DNA from: Escherichia phage vB_ EcoD_Phleasolo
Sequence record: OL539447.1
Direction: 5' to 3' (one strand)
DNA length: 48,301 nucleotides
Shown: piece after piece, positions 18,504 through 27,422 of the stretch
How positions within the stretch are numbered: position 1 is the first letter of the stretch
Layout: each line of letters opens with the position of its first letter
Program-made: the position numbers and the translations under genes
The notes under the pieces: model-generated
Database searches by the model: none
What the model was told of the DNA's origin: nothing
Seen by the model: the letters and a program-made list of their open reading frames with translations, nothing else

Positions 18504-21500
18504 ATGGCACAAATGGTTAAACAAACAACGAGGTTATATGATATGGCCGATTTGCCAAAGATTTATGGAAGCAAGGGTGGTGGCAAGAAGCCACACACAC
18601 CTGTGGAGCAAGAAGATAACCTGGTTTCACTAAACAAGATTAAGGTGCTGCTGGCCGTTGCTGATGGTGAGGTTGATTCTAGCTTCTCACTTAAGGATGT
18701 TTACCTTGCTGACGTTCCAGTGCAGAACCAGGACAACTCATTCAACTATGAAGGTGTAACCGCTGAGTTTCGCCCAGGCACTCAATCTCAAGATTACATC
18801 GCCGGGCTAGACGGTGAGGCATCAGAGATTCAGGTTAGTCGTGAGATTAACAATGATACACCTTACATCATCGCAGTTAACAACAGTCAGCTTTCAGCAA
18901 TCCGAGTCAAGCTGTTCTGGCCTCGACTCGTTAAGCAAGAAGAGAATGGAGATTTAAATGGCACAACATGTGAATATGCAATCGATTTATCAGTTAATGG
19001 CTCAGCGTACACTGAATATACCAGAGGCGTGGCTAACGGTAAAACTACAACAGGTTACGACCGCAGTATCAGGGTTAACTTACCAGCCGAGTTTAGCAGC
19101 GCTCTTGTTCGTATTAGGAAGTTAACGCCAGACTCAACAAGCAGCACACTGGTTAACGGAATGCAGATTACAACCTATCAGGAAGTAATCGACGCTAAGT
19201 TCCGCTACCCTCTTACAGCGCTTGTTTACGTTGAGTTCAGCTCCGACCTATTCCCCAATGGCATCCCAACGATAGCTATTAAGAAAAAGTGGAAGCTTAT
19301 CCGCGTACCGACAAACTACAATCCAGAGACAAGGACTTATAGCGGCACATGGGATGGTACCTTTAAGATGGCGTGGTCTGACAACCCGGCCTGGGTTTTA
19401 TATGACCTTGTGGTTAGTCAGCGTTACGGATTAGATCAGCGAGAACTTGGTGTAGAGATTGATAAATGGGGTCTGTATGAAGCTGCGCAATTCTGTGACC
19501 AGATGGTTCCTGATGGTAAGGGTGGAATGGAGCCGCGATATACTTGCAACGTTGTAATTCAGCAGAAGGTTGAAGCATACCAGCTTATTCGTGACATCTG
19601 TTCTATATTCCGCGGTTTAACCTTCTATGATGGTGAGCAAATCGGGATTGTTGTAGACAGGCCGCGCCAGCCAAGTTACGTGTTCACCAATGATAACGTT
19701 GTTGATGGATTGTTTAACAGGACATTCTCTAGCGATAAGTCTCTTTACACGACTGCAAACGTTCAGTTTGATGACGTAGAGAATAACTATCAGCAAGATG
19801 TTGAACCAGTGTTCGACCTTGAAGCAACTCGCCGCTTTGGTTATAACCCTGTAGACCTGACCGCAATTGGATGCGTAAGGCGTAGTGAAGCTAACCGTCG
19901 AGGTCGCTGGTTGCTGAAAACAAACCTTCGAAGTGAAACGGTAACGTTCACAACTGGCCTCGAAGGGATGATTCCTATGATTGGTGATGTAATTGCTGTC
20001 AATGACCAGGCTTGGTCAAGCAACTACACATTGAACCTTTCGGGTCGAATCGTTGAGGCTACTGGTCTGCAGGTTTTTGTTCCTTTCGCTATTGATGCGG
20101 ACCCAGGCGACAGGATTTTAATCAACAAGCCCGATGGAAGCCCGGAGTACAGGACTATCGCTTCAGTATCTGCAGATAAGCTTACGCTTGAACTGAACAC
20201 AGCATTCAGTTTCACGCCGCAGCCGGATACGGTATTCGCAATCGATAAGCAGAATCTGGCGTTGCAGCAGTATGTGGTGACCGGGATTCAAAAAGCTAAC
20301 ACGGATGGAGAGGACTCATTCCAGTACAGCATCACAGCTGTTCAGTATGATCCTAACAAGTACGATGAGATTGACTACGGAGTAAACATCGATGACAGGC
20401 CAACAAGCATCGTTGACCCTGACAGGATTTTGCCACCGCAGAACATCACCGTTACTAGCTACAGCAAGGTAGTGCAGGGCTTAAGCGTTGAGACGATGGT
20501 TATTGGTTACGACAAAGTGCAGTATGCGAAAACATACAACGTACAATGGCGTAAGAATAACGGAAACTGGATTAACGTTCCTGAGACGGCTAACACTGAA
20601 GTTGATATTGAAGGTATCTACGCTGGCATTTACGACGTCAGGGTTCGTGCTGTAACTGACCAAAAATCAGTATCGGCATGGTCAGAAATCACAACTGTTA
20701 GCCTCACTGGCAAAATTGGAGAACCATCTGCGCCGCCTGTAATTACGGCTTCTGATGATGAGGTTTTCGGAATTAGGGTTAAGTGGGGCTTCCCTACTGA
20801 CTCAGCGGATACTGCGTACACCGAGCTTCAGCAGGTTCCTGATAATGGTGACGGTACATACAATCCAGAGAATGCATCACTGCTTACCCTGGTTCCTTAT
20901 CCTCAGTACGAATACTGGCACACAACTTTACCAGCAGGTAACGTGAGGTGGTACAGGGCGAGGATTATTGACAGGATAGGTAACGTATCTCCATGGACTG
21001 ATTTTGTCAGGGGTATGGCATCTGATGATGTAAGTGCAATCATTGGCGACATCAAGGTTGATATCGAAAACTCTGATGGTTACAAGTATCTTCTCCAGAA
21101 CGCCATTGATGCAAATACTGACATCCAGAACCAGGCCGAAGCAATAATTGAGAACGCATTAGCAAACGATACTGACGTGCGCGTTATGAAGCGCGAGAAT
21201 GGAGCAAGGAAGGCTGAATATCGCCAGGCTGTTAGTTTGATTGCTGATGAAACTCAGGCGCGTGTAAATGCTCTCACAGAACTTAAAGCGCAGATTGATG
21301 ATGAGATTGTTGGTCAGATTACGACAATTGAAACTGCTTTAGCTACAGAGACCGAGGCAAGGGCTACTGCTGATACCGCTCTAAGCGCAAGGCTTGGTGA
21401 TAACGAGGCGGCTTTGAATCAGAAGCTTGACTCTTACGCCACGGTCGAAGGCGTTGGTGTTCAGTACGGCGTTAAGCTAGGTCTGAAGTACAATGGAGTT

Positions 21501-21899
21501 GAGTATGGCGCTGGCATGAGCATGGAGTTAACTGGTAGTGGTGGAAATGTTCGCAGTCAGTTCATTTTCGACGCCAACAGATTTGCAATCAGTAACGGCA
21601 TTAGTTCTGGTTCCGGTCAGTGGTCACTGCCTTTTGTTGTCGATAATAACCAGGTTTTCATTCAAAGCGCTGTGATACAGGACGGTTCAATCACTAACGC
21701 GAAGATTGGAGACGCAATTCAGTCTAACAACTTTGTAGCAAACTCTGTTGGCTGGAGGCTTGATAAGGCTGGAACTTTCGAAAATAACGGTTCTACGCCT
21801 GGCGAGGGTAAAATGAAGCAAACTAACCAGACAATTTCGGTTGCTGATGCTAACGGAAGGCTTCGTGTTCAGATTGGCCGTTTGACTGGAGTTTACTAA
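18504..21899 (+). CDS. central tail fibre / host specificity protein (lambda J-like)
   Basis: 1131 aa, largest structural gene, last of the M-L-K-I-J block. Confidence 0.8.
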   Translation: MAQMVKQTTRLYDMADLPKIYGSKGGGKKPHTPVEQEDNLVSLNKIKVLLAVADGEVDSSFSLKDVYLADVPVQNQDNSFNYEGVTAEFRPGTQSQDYIAGLDGEASEIQVSREINNDTPYIIAVNNSQLSAIRVKLFWPRLVKQEENGDLNGTTCEYAIDLSVNGSAYTEYTRGVANGKTTTGYDRSIRVNLPAEFSSALVRIRKLTPDSTSSTLVNGMQITTYQEVIDAKFRYPLTALVYVEFSSDLFPNGIPTIAIKKKWKLIRVPTNYNPETRTYSGTWDGTFKMAWSDNPAWVLYDLVVSQRYGLDQRELGVEIDKWGLYEAAQFCDQMVPDGKGGMEPRYTCNVVIQQKVEAYQLIRDICSIFRGLTFYDGEQIGIVVDRPRQPSYVFTNDNVVDGLFNRTFSSDKSLYTTANVQFDDVENNYQQDVEPVFDLEATRRFGYNPVDLTAIGCVRRSEANRRGRWLLKTNLRSETVTFTTGLEGMIPMIGDVIAVNDQAWSSNYTLNLSGRIVEATGLQVFVPFAIDADPGDRILINKPDGSPEYRTIASVSADKLTLELNTAFSFTPQPDTVFAIDKQNLALQQYVVTGIQKANTDGEDSFQYSITAVQYDPNKYDEIDYGVNIDDRPTSIVDPDRILPPQNITVTSYSKVVQGLSVETMVIGYDKVQYAKTYNVQWRKNNGNWINVPETANTEVDIEGIYAGIYDVRVRAVTDQKSVSAWSEITTVSLTGKIGEPSAPPVITASDDEVFGIRVKWGFPTDSADTAYTELQQVPDNGDGTYNPENASLLTLVPYPQYEYWHTTLPAGNVRWYRARIIDRIGNVSPWTDFVRGMASDDVSAIIGDIKVDIENSDGYKYLLQNAIDANTDIQNQAEAIIENALANDTDVRVMKRENGARKAEYRQAVSLIADETQARVNALTELKAQIDDEIVGQITTIETALATETEARATADTALSARLGDNEAALNQKLDSYATVEGVGVQYGVKLGLKYNGVEYGAGMSMELTGSGGNVRSQFIFDANRFAISNGISSGSGQWSLPFVVDNNQVFIQSAVIQDGSITNAKIGDAIQSNNFVANSVGWRLDKAGTFENNGSTPGEGKMKQTNQTISVADANGRLRVQIGRLTGVY

Positions 21900-21946
21900 C
21901 TGATAGAATGGGCAAATGGAATTGCCCTTATCAACAGGAGGAATTT

Positions 21947-22255
21947 ATGGCTGAGTATGGGATTGCTACATATGATGCAAATGGTAATTACAATAACTAT
22001 GGGATTAAGCCAGTTACGGTTGTTGGCTTTGATTTCCTTTCCGCTGGCAATAATTCTTACTCGTTTTCTTACTCAATACCAGAAGGCACAAAGGTTGGAT
22101 TCACTATTAGTCTGGATGATGGGGCGATATCTGGACCAGCAAGGAGAATAGTGGCAAGTGGGAACACAATAACGATAACACCAACATCAACACCAGGACC
22201 TGGTGTTTACCCATCATCAAATTGCTACCTCATAGCTTATCTGGAGAATCAATAA
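21947..22255 (+). CDS. hypothetical protein (paralog A, downstream of the J-like gene)
   Basis: Start at the ATG after AGGAGG; N-terminus MAEYGIATYDANGNYNNYG resembles the next gene's MADYGAFIDVNGNPF. Confidence 0.4.
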   Translation: MAEYGIATYDANGNYNNYGIKPVTVVGFDFLSAGNNSYSFSYSIPEGTKVGFTISLDDGAISGPARRIVASGNTITITPTSTPGPGVYPSSNCYLIAYLENQ

Positions 22256-22947
22256 TGGCTGATTACGGAGCTTTTATAGATGTAAATGGAAATCCATTCA
22301 TAACGCCACTATCAACACCATTCGCACTTTACTCAAAAGGAACAATCGCATCAGGTAATGTTAACAACACCCAGTATGCTGATAGATATGTTGACATTCC
22401 TCTCAATGTTCCAGTGATAGCTTTTTGCAAAACGACAAACACAAACAATGGTACAGCTTTGTCAGCATTCACATTTAGGGAGGGATCCAACATTGGAAAG
22501 ATCTACTTTCAGGGTGTTAATCCAGCAAATCAGGCGTTTGTTATGACGTACTACATATTTGCGATATTCCCACAGACTCTACCTGATTGGGGTATGGCTA
22601 TATGGGATGCGCAGGGTAAATTGATACTTACAAATGAAACAAAGGTTCTTAGCGACCTAGCAACAATTGGCACGCCAGGTTATCAATCTGGTGGTTTAAA
22701 TATAGACGTAACATTGCAAGGAAGTTGGGCCGTGGTTCCAACAACCCTGGGGAATAGTCAGATACAAATAGGAACGCTACCAACTGGTCAGCCAGTTATA
22801 ACAAATGCGACAGCTGGAACATCCTGCAGGTACAACGGAGTGCAGACAAGAATAAACGCGCAGTCAACACGTGGCTCTGGAAATGTGTTAAGCACAACAA
22901 ATAACGGAAATGTAATAACAGCAATTAACACATCAGCATACGACTAA
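22255..22947 (+). CDS. hypothetical protein (paralog B, possible distal tail/receptor-related)
   Basis: 230 aa from ATG 22255 (TAATG overlap with the previous gene); Thr/Asn/Gly-rich. Confidence 0.4.
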   Translation: MADYGAFIDVNGNPFITPLSTPFALYSKGTIASGNVNNTQYADRYVDIPLNVPVIAFCKTTNTNNGTALSAFTFREGSNIGKIYFQGVNPANQAFVMTYYIFAIFPQTLPDWGMAIWDAQGKLILTNETKVLSDLATIGTPGYQSGGLNIDVTLQGSWAVVPTTLGNSQIQIGTLPTGQPVITNATAGTSCRYNGVQTRINAQSTRGSGNVLSTTNNGNVITAINTSAYD

Positions 22948-22967
22948 GCCCCTTTCGGGGCTTTTTC
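22947..22967. terminator. bidirectional terminator between convergent genes
   Basis: AGCCCC-TTTC-GGGGCT hairpin followed by T run. Confidence 0.6.
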
Positions 22968-22971
22968 TTTA

Positions 22972-23193
22972 TCAACCTCCACAATCGTGGTCTTTAAAAT
23001 TCCGCTCAGAGACGTACTGAAACGAGAATGGATATCCGGCCCTAAGTAAAAACTCCTCACCGCGCTTCTGCGTGCCAAAAACATAAACAGAGTAACTCAT
23101 TCCGCTTGACTCATAAATCGCCGTACAAGTGCGCTCCGGCATCGTAGAGCACCCGCCTAACGTCATTGCTGCGATAACGATTAATTTTTTCAT
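22972..23193 (-). CDS. cor: Cor/Llp-like superinfection-exclusion lipoprotein
   Basis: From the ATG at 23193: MKKLIVIAAMTLGGC... signal peptide with lipobox; 73 aa, Cys-rich; on the opposite strand right after the tail fibre genes; SD AAGGTG upstream. Confidence 0.55.
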   Translation of the reverse strand: MKKLIVIAAMTLGGCSTMPERTCTAIYESSGMSYSVYVFGTQKRGEEFLLRAGYPFSFQYVSERNFKDHDCGG

Positions 23194-23203
23194 CTCATTC
23201 ACC

Positions 23204-23308
23204 TTAGAAACCGTTAAAGTTTGAAGCCAGCAGCAGAACCCAAACGAAGAAGCTGGTAGTTGCTACGCCGAAGATTGCAGAGATTAAGTTAGTGGTTAAG
23301 TTAGTCAT
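23204..23308 (-). CDS. small hydrophobic peptide (34 aa), first gene of the cor-like operon
   Basis: MTNLTTNLISAIFGVATTSFFVWVLLLASNFNGF; SD AAGGA 7 nt upstream; below the ORF-track size cutoff. Confidence 0.3.
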   Translation of the reverse strand: MTNLTTNLISAIFGVATTSFFVWVLLLASNFNGF

Positions 23309-23896
23309 TTTGTATTCCTTAGTAAGTATGTTTCGTTTCGATGGAGTAACTATAGCAAAGGCTTCAGCGGTAGTCTTTAGCAAATCGTGCTATTTGATAT
23401 ACGCGTAACCGATGTAACTCGATGTATACAATCTCATCCGCGGAAAATTGTATACGCTTTTTTACGCGCAGATACGCATTAGTTACATTTATAAATCCTT
23501 ATATAATAAGGTTTTAGAGTAGTATTATTATTATATATATTACTATGTATATCTTGTAACTACTCTCTATAGCTATGTTGGTATGTTTTTCTAAAAGACT
23601 ATGTTTGATTTCCTGTTAAGGAGGAAATGCATATAGATATAGATAGGGTGCAAAATTGGTGGATACATTGGTTACAAGAGTTACATTCAGCATCCATGCG
23701 GCCTAGAGACTAGCAAGGCGTATTTAGGTGCGTTTTACACCGATATACAAAATAGCACGATTAATCAAAACGGCTGCTTCTTGATTGGGTATAGTGCACT
23801 CATCGGCAGCAATGGTGCTGCGTCTATCTACCAAAAAATGGTAGATACAAATGAAATAGCTCCTCAACTTGAGGAGCAAGGATAAGAGAGAAGATA

Positions 23897-24523
23897 ATGA
23901 ACTTAATCAATACCAAGAAAGAAATGACCATGACGACAACTGAGATTGCTAAGATTGTTGGTCAGCGACACGATAACTTAATGAATGATGTTAAATCAAT
24001 GTACCTTGAGTTGTATGGTGAAAATCATTCTCCTGAGATTCAGGAGATTAAAATTCACAACAACAGAAGCCAAAAAATTGCAATTCTTGATAAAAAACAC
24101 ACACTATGCCTTGCTGCAAAGTACAGCGCAAAGGTTAGAATGAACATGATCGAGAAGATTGAGAGCCTTGAGCAGGAAAACAAATTACTGAAAGAGCATA
24201 TGGCTAAGATGGTTTCAATTGACGAGATCAAAGTTTATAAGATAGAAGCTGCGTCAGCAAAAGCTGCACAGCACAGAGCTGAAGATAACTATTACGCAAT
24301 TGAGAAGTTCATGTTTAAGAACATGGATAAGTGCGGAAATCCTGCAGAACTTGATGAGCAATACTTCGATGTTAAATTCGAGTCAAATCGTTACCATGAC
24401 TCTCAAGAGGTTGTTTACAAGTACCAGGCCCAGCTTGAGGTTGCTTGCGAGAAGTTAAAGGCCAAAGATGAGCTGATTGCTAATCTGGTAGACAAGAATA
24501 GCGAGATTCTTAAGTTGAAATGA
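23897..24523 (+). CDS. Rha-family phage regulatory protein (antirepressor-like)
   Basis: N-terminal TTTEIAKIVGQRHDNLMNDVKSM resembles the Rha-domain signature (...G K.H.NVLRDI...); first gene of the rightward early unit. Confidence 0.5.
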   Translation: MNLINTKKEMTMTTTEIAKIVGQRHDNLMNDVKSMYLELYGENHSPEIQEIKIHNNRSQKIAILDKKHTLCLAAKYSAKVRMNMIEKIESLEQENKLLKEHMAKMVSIDEIKVYKIEAASAKAAQHRAEDNYYAIEKFMFKNMDKCGNPAELDEQYFDVKFESNRYHDSQEVVYKYQAQLEVACEKLKAKDELIANLVDKNSEILKLK

Positions 24524-24596
24524 TAGGCAAAACCAATTGGATAAACTTATCCACGGATGGCATAGTTAAATCACACAAACAAAGAGAGATATAGAA

Positions 24597-24791
24597 ATGG
24601 CATACTTCATTATTCAAGAGCGAAACAATCCGATTTTCGGCACGGTATACTACTGCGAGGATGGTTCCGGATACTGCGACCACAAAGCTGACGCCAAGAG
24701 ATTCGATACTAAAGCTGAGGCAATGGAATGGGGCAGCATTAACGATGAGGAGCTGGGTGGAATTGTTAAGGTGATTAAGGTTAAGGAGTAA
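24597..24791 (+). CDS. hypothetical protein
   Basis: 64-aa ORF with RBS. Confidence 0.4.
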   Translation: MAYFIIQERNNPIFGTVYYCEDGSGYCDHKADAKRFDTKAEAMEWGSINDEELGGIVKVIKVKE

Positions 24792-24794
24792 TTC

Positions 24795-25754
24795 ATGAGC
24801 TTCAAGGTTTACACTAACGATGAGTTAACCAACGAAGCCTACCATGAGGAGTCTGACCATGTGTCTGGCTCTGGTCTGGCTCACATCTTCTCAACTTGCC
24901 CAGCCGCATACAAATACGCTGAGCATGATGATAGCAGTAAAGCGTTAAAGTTCGGTACATTGGCTCACACGATGGTTTTGGAGAGCTCTGTATTTGATGC
25001 GACATACTATCGTCAGCCAGCGCAGGAAGAGTTTGAAGACCTGATTACCAGTAAGGCTGCATTAGCAGCAAGACTGAAAGCGATGGGAATTGCTGGAACT
25101 TCTGGAAAGGATTACCCTGAATTAATGGAGATACTGGCACTGACTGGTGAATCACTCAACGTATGGTGGGATATCCAGCGCTCTAGCGAGATTAAAGCAG
25201 AAGGCCGCGAGATTGTATCAGCTAAGGACTTTGACACCGTACAGGCGATGCGAGAGGTTTTGTGTGGAATTCCTGCTTACAATGCAATAGTTAACAGTGA
25301 AACCGCTCAGCGTGAACTATCAATTTTCGGTGAGATTAACGATTGTGGAGTGAAGGTAAGACTGGACCATGTTGATGTAGTTGGTGATGTTGTTTATATC
25401 CGAGATTACAAAACAACTAGCGACGCTTCTCCGTCAGGTTTCGGTCGCCTCGCCTTTAAGCATGGTTACTTGTTAAAGATGGCACTTCAACATGACTTAT
25501 TTGTGCGAGCCTTTAATGAAAAGAGGCGAGTTGTTGTTCAGCTATTGGCGCAGGAAAAAAAGAGCCCGTACCTACCAATGTGCTACACGATAACAAAAGA
25601 ACAGTTAAGGGTTGGTAGGTTGCAATACATGAGTGCGCTTTCTACATACAAGCATTGTAAGAAGCTTGATATCTGGCCTGGGTATGGGTTCGGTGAAACA
25701 GAGATGGAATTGCAGATACCTGAATATGAGATGAAGAAATATGAATTGGCATGA
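24795..25754 (+). CDS. PD-(D/E)XK-type recombination exonuclease
   Basis: D...VYIRDYKT motif typical of the nuclease superfamily core; sits with Erf and SSB. Confidence 0.55.
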   Translation: MSFKVYTNDELTNEAYHEESDHVSGSGLAHIFSTCPAAYKYAEHDDSSKALKFGTLAHTMVLESSVFDATYYRQPAQEEFEDLITSKAALAARLKAMGIAGTSGKDYPELMEILALTGESLNVWWDIQRSSEIKAEGREIVSAKDFDTVQAMREVLCGIPAYNAIVNSETAQRELSIFGEINDCGVKVRLDHVDVVGDVVYIRDYKTTSDASPSGFGRLAFKHGYLLKMALQHDLFVRAFNEKRRVVVQLLAQEKKSPYLPMCYTITKEQLRVGRLQYMSALSTYKHCKKLDIWPGYGFGETEMELQIPEYEMKKYELA

Positions 25755-26196
25755 TATTTTTGAGTATATAGATGGATGCATAATATGGCGTGCTAGTGGT
25801 AATGTTGCTGGTTACAAACGAAAGGATGGTTATGTGATTGTGACAATAAATGGTAAGAAAATACTAGCGCATCGGATAATATACGAAATGAATAACGGAG
25901 ATATAGAGCCAGGTATGCAAATTGACCATATTGACCACAATCCATCAAACAACAGGATTGAAAACCTTAGGGTGGTTAACCACCAGGAGAACCAATCCAA
26001 TAAGTCAAAGCAGTCAAATAACACTTCAGGGGTTACTGGCGTTTGGCTACATAAGAAATCTGGAAGGTTTGTAGCTGAAATAATGGTTGAAAAGAAGAAG
26101 ATACATATAGGCTACTTTGATGACAAGCTGAATGCGGCAAAGGCTAGAAAGGATGCTGAAATTAAGTTTGGGTTTCATAAAAATCATGGAAAATAG
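25741..26196 (+). CDS. HNH homing endonuclease with AP2 DNA-binding domain
   Basis: HRIIYEMNNG...IDHIDHNPSNNRIENLRVVNHQEN (HNH) followed by GVTGVWLHKKSGRFVAEI...YFDDKLNAAKARKDAE (AP2-like). Confidence 0.8.
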   Translation: MNWHDIFEYIDGCIIWRASGNVAGYKRKDGYVIVTINGKKILAHRIIYEMNNGDIEPGMQIDHIDHNPSNNRIENLRVVNHQENQSNKSKQSNNTSGVTGVWLHKKSGRFVAEIMVEKKKIHIGYFDDKLNAAKARKDAEIKFGFHKNHGK

Positions 26197-26263
26197 CACG
26201 AATAGCTAAAACAACATTAAATCGGTGAGGTATAGTTACCTCATCGACAACGAGAGGAAAAGT

Positions 26264-26914
26264 ATGAATACCAGCGACAAAAACACAAACGTTTTAAAGG
26301 CTCTATTTGAAGCTAAGAGCAAGTTTGCCAAGGCTGAAAAGTCAAAGCAGAACTCGCACCTCAAGAACAAATATGCAACATTAGATGACGTACTCGCAGC
26401 TGTAGAGCCTGGATTGGAGGATAGCGGTCTTGTGATGTTCCAGAGCATGATTGAGTCAGAAGTTGCAAATCAGATTAAGGTTGAGACTAAGATTTATCAT
26501 GCTGAGTCTGCTGAATGGGTTTCTTTCCTGACTATCGTTCCGTTGGCTAAAAATGACTGCCAGGGAACCGGCTCGTCATTAACGTACGCTCGACGCTACG
26601 CTATTACGGCAGCTCTCGGTCTTAGTCAGGCTGATGATGACGGCAATCTTGCAGTCAAGAGCGTCAAGGACTGGCGTAAAGATGTGGAAAAAGCAGAGTC
26701 TCGCGATGAACTTGTAGAGGTTTACAAGGCTTGTAAATCACAAGCTGATGCAGCAACGTGGGGTATTGTAGAGAAGGCCATCATCGAAAAGCAGGCGGAG
26801 ATTAAGATGGCATCTGCGAGCGGGTTCAATCCAGCTAAACCAAAAGAAGTAACTAAAGTTGTTGCAAATGCACCGAGTGAAGCTGTAGAATCACAATCAA
26901 TCGAACGGTTCTAA
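26264..26914 (+). CDS. erf: Erf-family single-strand annealing protein
   Basis: NSHLKNKYATLDDVLAAVEPGL and ARRYAITAALGL resemble conserved Erf blocks; start moved to ATG 26264 after GAGAGGAAAAGT. Confidence 0.65.
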   Translation: MNTSDKNTNVLKALFEAKSKFAKAEKSKQNSHLKNKYATLDDVLAAVEPGLEDSGLVMFQSMIESEVANQIKVETKIYHAESAEWVSFLTIVPLAKNDCQGTGSSLTYARRYAITAALGLSQADDDGNLAVKSVKDWRKDVEKAESRDELVEVYKACKSQADAATWGIVEKAIIEKQAEIKMASASGFNPAKPKEVTKVVANAPSEAVESQSIERF

Positions 26915-26961
26915 ATTAAACGGGGCTTCGGCCCCAAAATCAAACGAGAAGAGAATATAAA

Positions 26962-27387
26962 ATGCATACTTTAACAGGCGTAATTCGCAAAGCTCCTTAC
27001 ACCAAAGATGGTCAGAATGCTAAAGGCAAATGGAAGATGTACGCTATCGAGATGAGCGAATCCTACAAGACTAAAGACGGAGAGCGTAAATATACTAACT
27101 ATCGAATAACGATGTTTGCTAGTGAGGCGCAGATTGGCTGGTATGATGAGGCATTTCAGGAAGGAAAAGTTATCTCTGTGAGTGGTGATTCATTGGTGGT
27201 TAATGAGCGTGAGCATAATGGTAAGGTCTACATCACTCTGGAGTTTCAGAATCCTCGATTAATGTTTAGCCAGCGAGGTGGGGAATCGGAACCACAGCAA
27301 CAACAACAACGCCAGCAGCCTCAGCCTCAGCAGCAGCGACAGCAGCCACAGCAGCAAAGCCAGTTCGATGACGATATTCCGTTCTGA
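26962..27387 (+). CDS. ssb: single-stranded DNA-binding protein
   Basis: OB-fold-sized N-terminal domain, Gln/Pro-rich linker and the classic acidic tail ...FDDDIPF. Confidence 0.85.
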   Translation: MHTLTGVIRKAPYTKDGQNAKGKWKMYAIEMSESYKTKDGERKYTNYRITMFASEAQIGWYDEAFQEGKVISVSGDSLVVNEREHNGKVYITLEFQNPRLMFSQRGGESEPQQQQQRQQPQPQQQRQQPQQQSQFDDDIPF

Positions 27388-27398
27388 TGTAAAATATA

Positions 27399-27422
27399 AA
27401 GCCCCTTTCGGGGCTTTTTTTA
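27399..27422. terminator. bidirectional terminator
   Basis: AGCCCC-TTTC-GGGGCT hairpin flanked by an A run and a T7 run; between convergent ssb and tail fibre genes. Confidence 0.7.

Noticed and set aside
23320-23700. AT-rich (TTA)n/TATA tract as a tandem-repeat or mobile element
   Set aside because: It is a short simple-sequence tract shared with control region B and fits a promoter or origin-type control region; no terminal inverted repeats or transposase.
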